From contig NZ_JXBB01000006.1 in the NCBI RefSeq assembly GCF_001653195.1, positions 14,592-46,591 of the forward strand: a stretch of DNA of 32,000 nt, in the 5' to 3' direction. Under the pieces are notes generated by a model that was not told the origin of the DNA, did no database searches, and saw only the letters and a list, made by a program, of their open reading frames with translations. This DNA is from Hydrogenibacillus schlegelii. Lineage in GTDB: Bacteria > Bacillota > Bacilli > Thermicanales > DSM-22653. Numbering within the stretch: the first letter of the stretch is position 1; each line of letters opens with the position of its first letter. This document shows, piece by piece, positions 1 to 8,127 of the stretch. The position numbers and the translations under genes are program-made.

Positions 1-377
1 TGCGTCCAGGCGTCGACGAGCCCCCGAAGGGCCTCGCCGGCCTCGCCGGCGCCGGCCAGCCAGGGCGCCGAAAAGACAAACCGCCCTTCCCGGGGCGAGA
101 GCACCGTCCAACGGCCGGGCAGGCCGTATGCTTCCGCGACTTCCGCCAGCCGGCCGAAGGGGTCGGCCGATCCGGGCGGGGTGCCCGGGTCCGGCAGGCG
201 GATGACCGCCGCCCAGCGGGGCGGACGGTCCGGCGTTCGGCCCGCCCCAGAAGGACGGAAAGAAGGGGCACCGTCTCCGGCGCCGGCGCGACGGTCGGCT
301 GTCAGGCGCTCCGGCGCGGCGGCGTCCGGGCGGGTAAAAACGGCGTCGTGCAGAAGTTCATGGTCCGAATCGCGCAA
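1..377 (-). CDS. hypothetical protein, 5' part only (continues past window start)
   Basis: I translated the minus strand by hand. One frame gives a non-junk peptide (...RWAAVIRLPDPGTPPGSADPFGRLAEVAEAYGLPGRWTVLSPREGRFVFSAPWLAGAGEAGEALRGLVDAWT) with G/C-biased third positions. The other two frames are Arg/Gly/Pro junk. The only canonical start before the divergent bmp-like gene is TTG at 377-375. No family recognised. Confidence 0.35.
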   Translation of the reverse strand, partial: MRDSDHELLHDAVFTRPDAAAPERLTADRRAGAGDGAPSFRPSGAGRTPDRPPRWAAVIRLPDPGTPPGSADPFGRLAEVAEAYGLPGRWTVLSPREGRFVFSAPWLAGAGEAGEALRGLVDAWT

Positions 378-392
378 CGGGCCGGCCCCCCA

Positions 393-401
393 TGCTACAA
401 T
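393..401 (+). promoter_or_regulatory. extended -10 promoter element (TGcTACAAT) upstream of the BMP-family gene
   Basis: TGCTACAAT lies 38 nt upstream of the ATG at 439. The same TGnTACAAT form recurs at 5191 and 13134. I saw no good -35. Confidence 0.35.
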
Positions 402-438
402 AAAGACCGGATGATGAACAAGGCAGGCGAGCGGCGGG

Positions 439-1503
439 ATGTTCAGACGCGGATCGACGAACGGTCGGACGGTCTTCTGGGCGCTGGCGGCGGTCGCGCT
501 GGGGCTTTTCGCGGGGGCCGCCGGGTTCCTCCTTGGCGATGCGAACCGTCGGGCGGACGGCGGAAGCGATTCGGCGAAGCGGCCGGCGGATCGGGCGCCG
601 CGGGTCGGCGTCCTCATCGAAGGGGCGATTTACGATCAGGGGTGGGACTCGGAAGCGTACGCCGCGCTTCAGGCGCTGGAGCGGCATTACGGGGCCGATG
701 TGGCGTTCGTGGAGTTTCACAATGCCGCGACGCCGGAAAAAATTGCCTCGGCCCTCGAACGCTTCATCGCGGAGGGGCGGACGCTCCTCATCGGCCACGG
801 AGCGGTCTTCGGCCCGGTGATCGAGGCGACGGCGCCGCACCATCCGGACGTGCAGTTTGTCTCGATCAACGGCCCGGCCGCCGAGGCGAACGTCGTGTCG
901 GTCCACTTTTCCGGCCGGACGATGGGCATTCTCGCCGGCGCGGCGGCGGCGCTCATGTCCCGCACGGGGATCGTCGGCATCGTCAGCGCCTATCCGGATC
1001 TTCCGGAAGTCGACGGTTTTCGGGCCGGCGCCCGGTACGTGCGGCCGGAGGCGGTCGTCCTCGCCCGGTCCGTCGGGAGCTGGGGCGACCGGCCGGCGGG
1101 GCGGGCGGCGGCGGAAGCCCTCATCCGGCAGGGGGCCGACGTCCTCTTTCCGGCCGGCGACGGGTTCAGCATCGACGTCATCGACGTCGCGCGGCGACAC
1201 GGTCGCTATGCGGTCGGCTTCATCATAGATCAATCGTTTATCGCCCGCAACGCGGTCATCACGAGCGTGACCCAGGACGTCCGACGGCTCTATACCGAGA
1301 TTTTCCTCCGGGCGAGGGACGGCTCGCTCGAGGCGCTCAGGGGCCGGGTGCTCGACGTCAAAAACGGCTACGAACGGCTTTCGGGGTTCGGGCCGATGGT
1401 GCCGAAGCCGGTGGCAGAAGCGGTGGAGCGGCTTTATGAGGCGCTTCGGACCGGAAAGCTCACGGAGGCGGACCTGGACGCAGGGGGCCGGAGGGCGTCG
1501 TGA
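439..1503 (+). CDS. BMP-family (Med/PnrA-like) membrane-anchored substrate-binding protein
   Basis: 354 aa. N-terminal hydrophobic anchor (FWALAAVALGLFAGAAGFLLG) with no lipobox Cys. The body has the usual Bmp/Med pattern (RVGVLIEGAIYDQGWDSEAY..., FVSINGP, IVGIVSAYP, DVLFPAGDG). The stop overlaps the kinase start as GTGA. Confidence 0.85.
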   Translation: MFRRGSTNGRTVFWALAAVALGLFAGAAGFLLGDANRRADGGSDSAKRPADRAPRVGVLIEGAIYDQGWDSEAYAALQALERHYGADVAFVEFHNAATPEKIASALERFIAEGRTLLIGHGAVFGPVIEATAPHHPDVQFVSINGPAAEANVVSVHFSGRTMGILAGAAAALMSRTGIVGIVSAYPDLPEVDGFRAGARYVRPEAVVLARSVGSWGDRPAGRAAAEALIRQGADVLFPAGDGFSIDVIDVARRHGRYAVGFIIDQSFIARNAVITSVTQDVRRLYTEIFLRARDGSLEALRGRVLDVKNGYERLSGFGPMVPKPVAEAVERLYEALRTGKLTEADLDAGGRRAS

Positions 1504-3524
1504 GGGGATGGGGTCGGCGGCTTTTTCGCCGCTGGTACGATCTTCCCCTGGCGGGGAAACTCGGCGTCACCCTCGGCACCGTGGCCAGCGGAGCGCTTTT
1601 GTCGACGGCCGTCTCCGTCGTCCTGGCGCTCAAGGTCTGGCAGGCGTACGATCGGGTGCTGGAGGCGGAGCACGTCTGGTTCTGGGAGATGGAGTACAAA
1701 AACACCGTCTACGCCCGCCTCCACGACGTGACGAGCTACATCGCCACCGGCGATCGGACGTACCGGGAGGCCTTCGAAGCGTCCGCGGCCCGGGTGCACG
1801 ACCTGGAGCGGGCGCTCTTTGCGGCGACCCGGGGCAGCGAGCGGGCGGCGCTCGTCGCTTTTTTTTACGATCAGCGGTCGTTTGATTTTATCCTCCGAAA
1901 CCGGGTCATCCCGGTCTACGAGCTCGGCAACTTTGAAGACGCCTGGAAGACGCTGCTTACGGATGCGGAGAAAGAGGCGAGGAAGCTCCTCGCTCGGCTG
2001 GAGGCGTTCAGCCGGGACAAGGAGGCGGAGATCCAGCGCCTCGTCGTCGAAACGGCGGCCGACGCCCGCCGCTCGGCGGTGGCGCTCGCCGTCCTCTGGA
2101 GCGCCCAGCTCATCCTCGCCGTCGCCGCCGGCGTCGTCCTTTTTCGGACGATCCAGCGGCCGGTCGACCGGCTCCGGGAGGCGGCGGCGCGGCTCGAACA
2201 GGGCGCCTTCGACGTCCGGGTCGGTCTCGGCCGGCGGGACGAGTTCGGCGTGCTGGCCGACGCCTTCGACGCCATGGGCGAGCGGCTCCGGCAGCTCGTC
2301 GAAGCGCTTCGGACGGCGAACGCCTATCTCGCCGAAGAAAGCGCCCGGGCGAAGGCGGCCGACCGGGCGAAATCGGAATTTCTCGCCATGATCTCCCACG
2401 AGCTTCGGACGCCCCTCGGCGGGATCATCGGGTTTTCCGAGCTTCTCCTGGACGAGCGGGCCGGAGCGCTCACGGAGAAGCAAAAGGCCTACCTCCGGCG
2501 GATCCTCTCGAGCGGCCGACATCTCCTCGCGCTCATCAACGACCTCCTCGACCTCTCCAAAGCGGAGGCGGGGGCGATGGACCTCATCCGGGAGGAGGTC
2601 GAGCTGGAGCCGTTTTTCCGGGAGGCGCTCGACGTCGTCACGGCCCGGGCGGAAAAAGGCGGCGTCACCCTCGGGCTTCGGCTGAGCACCCGCCGGAGGC
2701 GCTTTTGCTTCGACCCGGTGCGGATGCGACAGGTGATGTTCAACCTGCTTTCCAACGCGGTCAAATTCACGCCGGCCGGCGGCTCGGTGACGGTCGTCGT
2801 CCGGGACGAAGGGGACGCCCTTGCCGTCGACGTGATCGACACGGGGATCGGCATCCGGCCGGAAGCGCTGGAGCGGATTTTTCTTCCGTTTGTCCAGGAA
2901 GAGCCGGCGATCGGCCGGCGGTACGAAGGAACCGGTCTCGGCTTAAGCCTCACCAAGCGGCTGGTGGAGCTCCACGGCGGCCGGATTACCGTCGAAAGCG
3001 CGCCGGGCAAAGGATCCCGCTTTACGGTCGTTTTGCCGGAGGGGCCGTGTGAGGCGCCGCGGAAGGCGCCGGAGGCGCCCCGGTCGGCCGACCGACCGGC
3101 GCCGCGGAGGCGCCTCATCCTCGCCGGCCTCCCCCCGCTCGTCGCCGAAGCGCTCGCCCGCCGGTTCGAGGCGGCGGGCCATGCGGTCGAGGTGACGGCG
3201 GCGCTTCTTTCGCCTGCGGCCGCGGAGGCGCCGGCGGTGTTCGTTCTCGGCCTGGACCGGGACGGGGGCGCCGTGGCGGGGCCGGCCGACGGCGCGCCGG
3301 CGGATCCGGAGGCGGCCGTCCGGCCGGTGCGGGCGCTCGCCGAGGCGGGGCACCGGGTCGTGCTCGCGACGCGGCGTCCGCTTACGCTGGCGGAAAAGGC
3401 CCGCCTCCTTCGGTGGGCGAAGGCGATCGTGCCGCCGGAGGTGGAGGCGATCGCCCGGGCGATCGAGACGCAGTGGGAAGGGGGGAACGGCCGTGGCGCG
3501 GATCCTCATCGTCGAGGACAATGA
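1500..3524 (+). CDS. sensor histidine kinase (CHASE3-like sensor, HAMP, HisKA, HATPase_c, C-terminal receiver-like domain)
   Basis: 674 aa with two TM segments flanking a sensor domain. The sensor has a CHASE3-like YIATGDRTYREAF motif. HAMP is present (FRTIQRPVDRLREAA...DEFGVLADAFDAM), as is the H-box SHELRTPL. N/G boxes are present (LLSNAVKFTP, DTGIGI, GTGLGLSL). The last ~130 aa look like a degenerate receiver. Confidence 0.92.
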   Translation: MRGWGRRLFRRWYDLPLAGKLGVTLGTVASGALLSTAVSVVLALKVWQAYDRVLEAEHVWFWEMEYKNTVYARLHDVTSYIATGDRTYREAFEASAARVHDLERALFAATRGSERAALVAFFYDQRSFDFILRNRVIPVYELGNFEDAWKTLLTDAEKEARKLLARLEAFSRDKEAEIQRLVVETAADARRSAVALAVLWSAQLILAVAAGVVLFRTIQRPVDRLREAAARLEQGAFDVRVGLGRRDEFGVLADAFDAMGERLRQLVEALRTANAYLAEESARAKAADRAKSEFLAMISHELRTPLGGIIGFSELLLDERAGALTEKQKAYLRRILSSGRHLLALINDLLDLSKAEAGAMDLIREEVELEPFFREALDVVTARAEKGGVTLGLRLSTRRRRFCFDPVRMRQVMFNLLSNAVKFTPAGGSVTVVVRDEGDALAVDVIDTGIGIRPEALERIFLPFVQEEPAIGRRYEGTGLGLSLTKRLVELHGGRITVESAPGKGSRFTVVLPEGPCEAPRKAPEAPRSADRPAPRRRLILAGLPPLVAEALARRFEAAGHAVEVTAALLSPAAAEAPAVFVLGLDRDGGAVAGPADGAPADPEAAVRPVRALAEAGHRVVLATRRPLTLAEKARLLRWAKAIVPPEVEAIARAIETQWEGGNGRGADPHRRGQ

Positions 3525-3972
3525 GACGAACGCGCTTCTGTTCAGCGACGTGCTGGCGGCGGAAGGGCACGCCGTCGAGGTGGCGCCGGACGGGGAGACG
3601 GCCCTCGCCCGCCTGGAGGCGGAGGTGTACGACCTCATCCTCCTCGACATCCACCTGCCCGAGATGGACGGCCTCGCGATCGCTCGGGCGCTTCGGTCGA
3701 CGCCGGCGTTTGACGGCGTCCCGATCGTGGCGCTGTCGGCCTTCGCCACCGAGCGGGAGATTCGGGAGGCGTACGCCGCCGGCTTTGACGACTACCTGAC
3801 GAAGCCGATCGACGTCCGGACGCTCGTCGCCGCCGTAAGCCGCCACCTTCGCTCCGGCCGGATCACCGTCCCGGAAAAAGGCCGGCCGGCGGCCGAGGCC
3901 CCGGAACCCGGGGCCGGAGGAGGCGAAGGGGCCGGGCCGTCCGCCGGGAGGGTTCGGGATGAGGCGCCTTGA
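3493..3972 (+). CDS. single-domain CheY-like response regulator with Pro/Ala/Gly-rich tail
   Basis: GTG start inside the kinase 3' end (32-nt overlap). Canonical receiver motifs: ILIVEDNE, DLILLDIHLPEMDG, IVALSA, YLTKP. No output domain. Confidence 0.9.
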   Translation: MARILIVEDNETNALLFSDVLAAEGHAVEVAPDGETALARLEAEVYDLILLDIHLPEMDGLAIARALRSTPAFDGVPIVALSAFATEREIREAYAAGFDDYLTKPIDVRTLVAAVSRHLRSGRITVPEKGRPAAEAPEPGAGGGEGAGPSAGRVRDEAP

Positions 3973-4180
3973 GACCGCCGCGGACGTCCGGGCGCTCCTC
4001 CGGCGGTTCGGAGCGATCTTCTACACCGGCGACCCCCTCGGGGAGATCGAACTGATGCGGGAGGAGCTGCGGGAGCTTTTTCAGGCCGGCCTGATCGACC
4101 GCGAGACGCTTCGGGCGGCGCTCGAGGCGCTCCGGCGCCGGGAGGCGGACCTCATCGCGGACCGGGATGAGGAGCGGTGA
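3959..4180 (+). CDS. yqgQ: YqgQ-family (DUF910) small protein
   Basis: 73 aa. The pattern VRALLRRFGAIFYTGDPLGEIELMREELRELFQAGLIDRETL matches my memory of Bacillus YqgQ (FG.YIY.GDR..DIELM..E...L...GLI). It overlaps the regulator 3' end by 14 nt. Confidence 0.65.
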   Translation: MRRLETAADVRALLRRFGAIFYTGDPLGEIELMREELRELFQAGLIDRETLRAALEALRRREADLIADRDEER

Positions 4181-4227
4181 GGCCGTGCGCTCTTTGGCGT
4201 CGGAGGGAAGGGGTCGAAGGCAAAAAA

Positions 4228-4262
4228 CCGCCCTCCGCGCACCGGCGGTGCGCGGAGGGCGG
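4228..4262 (-). terminator. rho-independent terminator for the minus-strand oxidoreductase gene (possibly bidirectional)
   Basis: Perfect 15-bp stem CCGCCCTCCGCGCAC / GTGCGCGGAGGGCGG with a 5-nt loop. A6 at 4222-4227 reads as a U-run on the minus strand. Confidence 0.75.
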
Positions 4263-4331
4263 TGCCGGTCGGCCGACCCGGGATCCTTCGGACGGCAGTG
4301 CCGGTCGGCCGACCCGGGATCCGTCGGACGG
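4262..4331. repeat. tandem direct repeat, two 34-nt copies at 36-nt period
   Basis: GTGCCGGTCGGCCGACCCGGGATCC(T/G)TCGGACGG occurs at 4262-4295 and 4298-4331 with one mismatch. Each copy holds the palindrome GTCGGCCGAC. Confidence 0.9.
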
Positions 4332-4332
4332 C

Positions 4333-4992
4333 TTACCGGATGGCGGCGAGGACCTTTTGCAGGACGACCTGCTCCGGGACGGCGCCTTCCTGTTCTTCGA
4401 CGTCGTTGATGACGGTCTTCGGCACGCCGTAGACGTTGTACTGGCTGGCGAGCTCGGGGAATTCGGTCGCCTCGACCATGTCGGCGCGGATCTTCGGGTG
4501 GACCATGGCCATAAAGTGCGCGATCCGGACCGCCCGCGGGCAGTACGGGCACGTCGGGGTGACGAAGACCTGGATGTGAACGTCTTTGTCGACTTCGGCG
4601 AGGAGCTTCTCCACCGTCTTTGGCGACAGGCCGTGGGTGCCCTTGCCGAGGTCGACGATGTCTTCGATGAGCGTCGTAAATTCATACCCCGACGGGATGC
4701 CGTAGAAGCGGACGCCGGTGTCTTCGCCGTCTTCCCGGGTGAAGACGATCGCCGGCGCCTTGTCGACGCCGTACCGGGCGGCGACGTCGCCGGACGCGGG
4801 GTCGTCCAGCCGGTAGACCTGAAGATGGAGCTTGTCGGTGAGCTCCGCGAGTTCTTCCAGGATTTGCTTCGTCGCCTCGCCGTATTCCTTGTTCTCGGCT
4901 TCGCTCCAGAAAAAGACGACGTGAACCGGGTTCGTCATCTGGCCGAACCAGTCCCGGATCGTCTCTTTGTCCTTCTCGGCGATGATGCCCAT
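4333..4992 (-). CDS. glutaredoxin-like protein disulfide oxidoreductase (PDO-type, two thioredoxin-fold units, single CPYC)
   Basis: C-terminal unit has VFVTPTCPYCPRAV and YGVPKTVIN (cis-Pro loop). The N-terminal unit has no Cys. I prefer the ATG at 4992 (GAGGAG 8 nt upstream) over the GTG at 5001 listed in the track. Confidence 0.85.
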   Translation of the reverse strand: MGIIAEKDKETIRDWFGQMTNPVHVVFFWSEAENKEYGEATKQILEELAELTDKLHLQVYRLDDPASGDVAARYGVDKAPAIVFTREDGEDTGVRFYGIPSGYEFTTLIEDIVDLGKGTHGLSPKTVEKLLAEVDKDVHIQVFVTPTCPYCPRAVRIAHFMAMVHPKIRADMVEATEFPELASQYNVYGVPKTVINDVEEQEGAVPEQVVLQKVLAAIR

Positions 4993-5190
4993 CCATCTCA
5001 CTCCTCAAATGAGTTGTGGAAACCGGGATTTCGAACGGCATACCTTGGACCGTAATCCATCGTACTATATTTTCCACAGAAGCACAAGGGGGGAAGAGCG
5101 CAAGGGGCGCTCGGTCGTTCCATCCCCCGGCTTTGTTTCGACCCGGCCCGGTTTCGACGCGGACGGAACGGATGCTCCCGGCGGCGCGGC

Positions 5191-5199
5191 GTGCTACAA
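5191..5199 (+). promoter_or_regulatory. extended -10 promoter element (TGcTACAAT) for the M42 peptidase gene
   Basis: TGCTACAAT lies 51 nt upstream of the ATG at 5250, inside the divergent intergenic region. Confidence 0.4.
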
Positions 5200-5249
5200 T
5201 GAAGGCGGTGCCGAAAAACGCCAACGACGACTTGAAACGGAGGCCGGCG

Positions 5250-6356
5250 ATGAACGACCAGACCCCTTGCGCCGGGCCGGGTGCAGTGCCCGGCTTGCCG
5301 TACGATGAAGCGTTGTTTCGGCAATTGATCGAAGCGCCGGGAGCGCCCGGGTTTGAAGGCGAGGTGCGCCGGGTCGTCGAGGCGGCCCTCGCCGGAGCGG
5401 CCGACCGGATGATCCGGGATCGGCTCGGAAGCCTCTTCGGGGTGCTGGACGGACCGGAAGGCGGCCCGACGGTGATGGTCGCCGGGCACCTCGACGAGGT
5501 GGCCCTTATGGTGACCGAGGTGACGGACGACGGCCTCCTCAAGGTGACGGCGCTCGGCGGCATTTACGAGCCGGTGCTCTTGGCGCAGCGGGTGTTCGTC
5601 CTCGGCCGGAACGGGGCCGTTCCCGGGGTGATCGGCGCGCCGCCGCCCCACGGCCTGTCGGAGGAGGCCCGGCGGGAGGCGCCGCAGCTCGAGCGGATGT
5701 TCGTCGACGTCGGCGCGGCCTCCCGGGAGGACGTCCGGGCTTTTGGCATTCGCCCCGGGGACCCGGTCGTGTTCCCCGGCGTCTACACCCCCTCGTGGAG
5801 CGGCCGGCGGGTGCTGGCCAAGGCGTGGGACAATCGCTTCGGCGTCGGGCTCGCCGTCGAACTCCTTCGGGCGCTTCGCGATCGACCCCGGGTGAATACC
5901 GTCGTCGCCGGGGCGACGGTGCAGGAAGAGGTCGGCCTCAGGGGGGCCGAGACGGCCGCCCGCCTCGTGCGCCCGGACGTTTTCTTCGCCCTCGACGCCG
6001 GCCCGGCCGGCGACATGCCCGGCGGAAGCGGCCTCGGCCGCCTCGGCGGCGGGGTCCTCATGCGGGTGATGGACCGAACGATGGTCACCCACCGGCGGCT
6101 TCTCGATTACCTCCTCGACCTGGCCGAGGCGGAAGGGATTCCGTACCAGTTTTTCGTCTCCCGGGGCGGAACCGACGCCGGCCGGGTGCACACGATGGGG
6201 ATCGGCGTGCCCTCGGCGGTGATCGGCATCCCGGCCCGCTACATTCACGGCCCCGTCGCGATCATCGACCTCGACGACTATCGGGCGGCGAAGCGGCTTC
6301 TCATCGCGGCCGTCTCCCGCCTCGACCGGGCGACGCTGGAGGCGATCGTCGGGTGA
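5250..6356 (+). CDS. M42-family metallo-aminopeptidase (glutamyl aminopeptidase / YsdC-like)
   Basis: Start moved to ATG 5250 (GGAGG at 5239-5243); the upstream part of the track ORF is junk. Motifs: APGAPGFEGEVR, MVAGHLDEVALMVTEV, KAWDNRFG, ATVQEEVGLRGA, GGTDAG. Confidence 0.88.
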   Translation: MNDQTPCAGPGAVPGLPYDEALFRQLIEAPGAPGFEGEVRRVVEAALAGAADRMIRDRLGSLFGVLDGPEGGPTVMVAGHLDEVALMVTEVTDDGLLKVTALGGIYEPVLLAQRVFVLGRNGAVPGVIGAPPPHGLSEEARREAPQLERMFVDVGAASREDVRAFGIRPGDPVVFPGVYTPSWSGRRVLAKAWDNRFGVGLAVELLRALRDRPRVNTVVAGATVQEEVGLRGAETAARLVRPDVFFALDAGPAGDMPGGSGLGRLGGGVLMRVMDRTMVTHRRLLDYLLDLAEAEGIPYQFFVSRGGTDAGRVHTMGIGVPSAVIGIPARYIHGPVAIIDLDDYRAAKRLLIAAVSRLDRATLEAIVG

Positions 6357-7228
6357 CGGGCCGGATTTTGAAAAACGACTGGCACGACGTCCTCGGGCCG
6401 GAGTTCGAAAAGCCGTATTATCAGGCGCTCCGCCGTTTTCTCATCGAGGAGTACCGCTCGACGACGGTCTATCCCGACATGTATGATATCTACAATGCCT
6501 TCCACTATACGCCGTATGCGTCGGTGAAAGTCGTCATCCTCGGCCAGGATCCTTACCCCGGGCCGAATCAGGCCCACGGCCTCGCCTTTTCCGTCCGGCC
6601 GGGGGTGGAGGTGCCGCCGTCTCTGGCCAACATATTTAAGGAGCTGGAGGCGGACCTCGGTCTTCCCCGGCCGAAGCACGGCCACCTCGTCCACTGGGCG
6701 CGGCAGGGGGTGCTCCTTCTCAATGCGGTGCTGACGGTCCGTGCCGGGCAGCCGGGATCGCACCGGGGAAAGGGCTGGGAAAAGCTGACGGACGCGGCGA
6801 TCGCCGCCCTCGGGGCGCGGCCGGTGCCGACGGTGTTCTTTCTCTGGGGGCGGGACGCCCAGGCGAAGCGGCCGCTCATCACGTATCCGGGCCACCTCGT
6901 GCTCACGGCGCCGCATCCGAGCCCGCTTTCGGCGGCGCGGGGATTTTTCGGCTCGCGGCCGTTTTCCAAAGCCAACCAGTTCCTCGAGGCGGTCGGCCGG
7001 GGCCTGATCGACTGGCGCCTGCCGGAGACGCCGGAGGCGGACGAAGCGCCGGAGCGCCCGGGGCGCGGGGCGCCGGCCGCCCGATCGGCGGCGCGCCGGC
7101 CGGACGGGGCGGGCGGCGGAGAGGCGATCGGCGGGCCGTCCGGCGGTTTGGGTTCCGGCGACGGGGCGCGTCCGGCCGCGCATCCGAGCGCCGGGTCGGT
7201 CGGCGGAGAAGGGAGACGATGGGGATGA
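6353..7228 (+). CDS. ung: uracil-DNA glycosylase (family 1) with ~70-aa low-complexity C-terminal extension
   Basis: GTG start at 6353 overlaps the peptidase stop (GTGA). Family-1 motifs: VVILGQDPYPGPNQAHGLAFSV, PPSLANIF, GVLLLNAVLTV, HPSPLSA. The canonical domain ends near IDWRLP (~7016) and the frame stays open to 7228. Confidence 0.9.
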   Translation: MTGRILKNDWHDVLGPEFEKPYYQALRRFLIEEYRSTTVYPDMYDIYNAFHYTPYASVKVVILGQDPYPGPNQAHGLAFSVRPGVEVPPSLANIFKELEADLGLPRPKHGHLVHWARQGVLLLNAVLTVRAGQPGSHRGKGWEKLTDAAIAALGARPVPTVFFLWGRDAQAKRPLITYPGHLVLTAPHPSPLSAARGFFGSRPFSKANQFLEAVGRGLIDWRLPETPEADEAPERPGRGAPAARSAARRPDGAGGGEAIGGPSGGLGSGDGARPAAHPSAGSVGGEGRRWG

Positions 7229-8073
7229 TCACGGAAGGGGCGCTTCAGGCGTATCTCGCCTTTGCCCGCACGCTGGCGGAAGAGGCGGGGGCGCTCATCC
7301 GGGAGCGGCTTCTTCAGCTGGAGGCGGGCGAGGCGCTTCAGATCGGGACGAAGAGCGGCCCGAGCGACCTCGTGACGGAAGTCGACCGGGCGGTGGAAGC
7401 GCACGTCGTCCGGCGCATCCGGGCAGCGTATCCCGACCACGGCGTCCTCGGCGAGGAAGGGACCGACGCGGCCGGGTCGCCGGAAGCCGCCGGACTGCGC
7501 TGGGTGATCGACCCGATCGACGGGACGACGAACTTCGTCCATCAAAAGGTGAATTTCTGCGTATCGATCGCCCTCTACGCCGGCGACGAGGGGCTCGTCG
7601 GCGTCGTCTACGATCCGATGCGGGAAGAACGCTTTACGGCGGTCCGCGGGGGCGGCGCCGCCTTAAACGGCCGTCCGCTCCGGCTGAACGGCGCAAAAGG
7701 GCTTTCGGAAAGCCTGATCGGAACGAGCCTCACGTGGGTGCGCCGGGCGAGACAGACGGGCCTCGTCGAACCCGTCTGGCGCCTCGCCGAGCGATCCCGG
7801 GGGCTCCGCTCGCTCGGCGCCGCGGCGCTGGAGGCGGCGTACGTCGCCGCCGGGCGCCTCGATGCGTTTTTGAGCCTGACGCTCTCTCCGTGGGACTTTG
7901 CCGCGGCCAAGCTCATCGTCGAGGAAGCGGGCGGGACGGTGGTGGACTTTGCCGGGCGGCCGGTCGGGCTGAAGCGCCCGGAGCTCGGCTTTCTGGCCGC
8001 GCATCCGTCCCTCGTCGGGCCGATCCTCGAGGTGCTCCGGCCGTGGGTGCGGTCGCAGCAGGAAGTCAGCTGA
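7219..8073 (+). CDS. inositol monophosphatase family protein (SuhB/YktC-like)
   Basis: Motifs LGEEG, WVIDPIDGTTNF, WDFAAAKLIVEEAGG. The start is ATG 7219 or 7225; both overlap the ung tail. Confidence 0.9.
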   Translation: MGMITEGALQAYLAFARTLAEEAGALIRERLLQLEAGEALQIGTKSGPSDLVTEVDRAVEAHVVRRIRAAYPDHGVLGEEGTDAAGSPEAAGLRWVIDPIDGTTNFVHQKVNFCVSIALYAGDEGLVGVVYDPMREERFTAVRGGGAALNGRPLRLNGAKGLSESLIGTSLTWVRRARQTGLVEPVWRLAERSRGLRSLGAAALEAAYVAAGRLDAFLSLTLSPWDFAAAKLIVEEAGGTVVDFAGRPVGLKRPELGFLAAHPSLVGPILEVLRPWVRSQQEVS

Positions 8074-8127
8074 GGCGAGAAAGGGGACAACGCCGGGGTA
8101 TATGTGATTATTACATTACCCGAAGGG

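Noticed and set aside
181-1439. Plus-strand ORFs 181-414 and 348-1439
   Set aside because: The peptides are Arg/Gly/Ala-rich junk. One overlaps the BMP-family gene out of frame, and the other is antisense to the more coding-like minus-strand partial ORF.
4262-4331. Possible mini CRISPR array
   Set aside because: There are only two repeat copies, separated by 2 nt with no spacer. They are embedded between a stop codon and a terminator.
5016-5249. Long N-terminal extensions given by the track for the M42 peptidase, with similar cases for ung (5795), ABC subunit 2 (17733), the dehydrogenase (19796), the binding protein (24246) and the ATPase (25938)
   Set aside because: The extensions are junk-like or overlap the preceding gene extensively. 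Internal starts with SD sequences align with the expected family N-termini.
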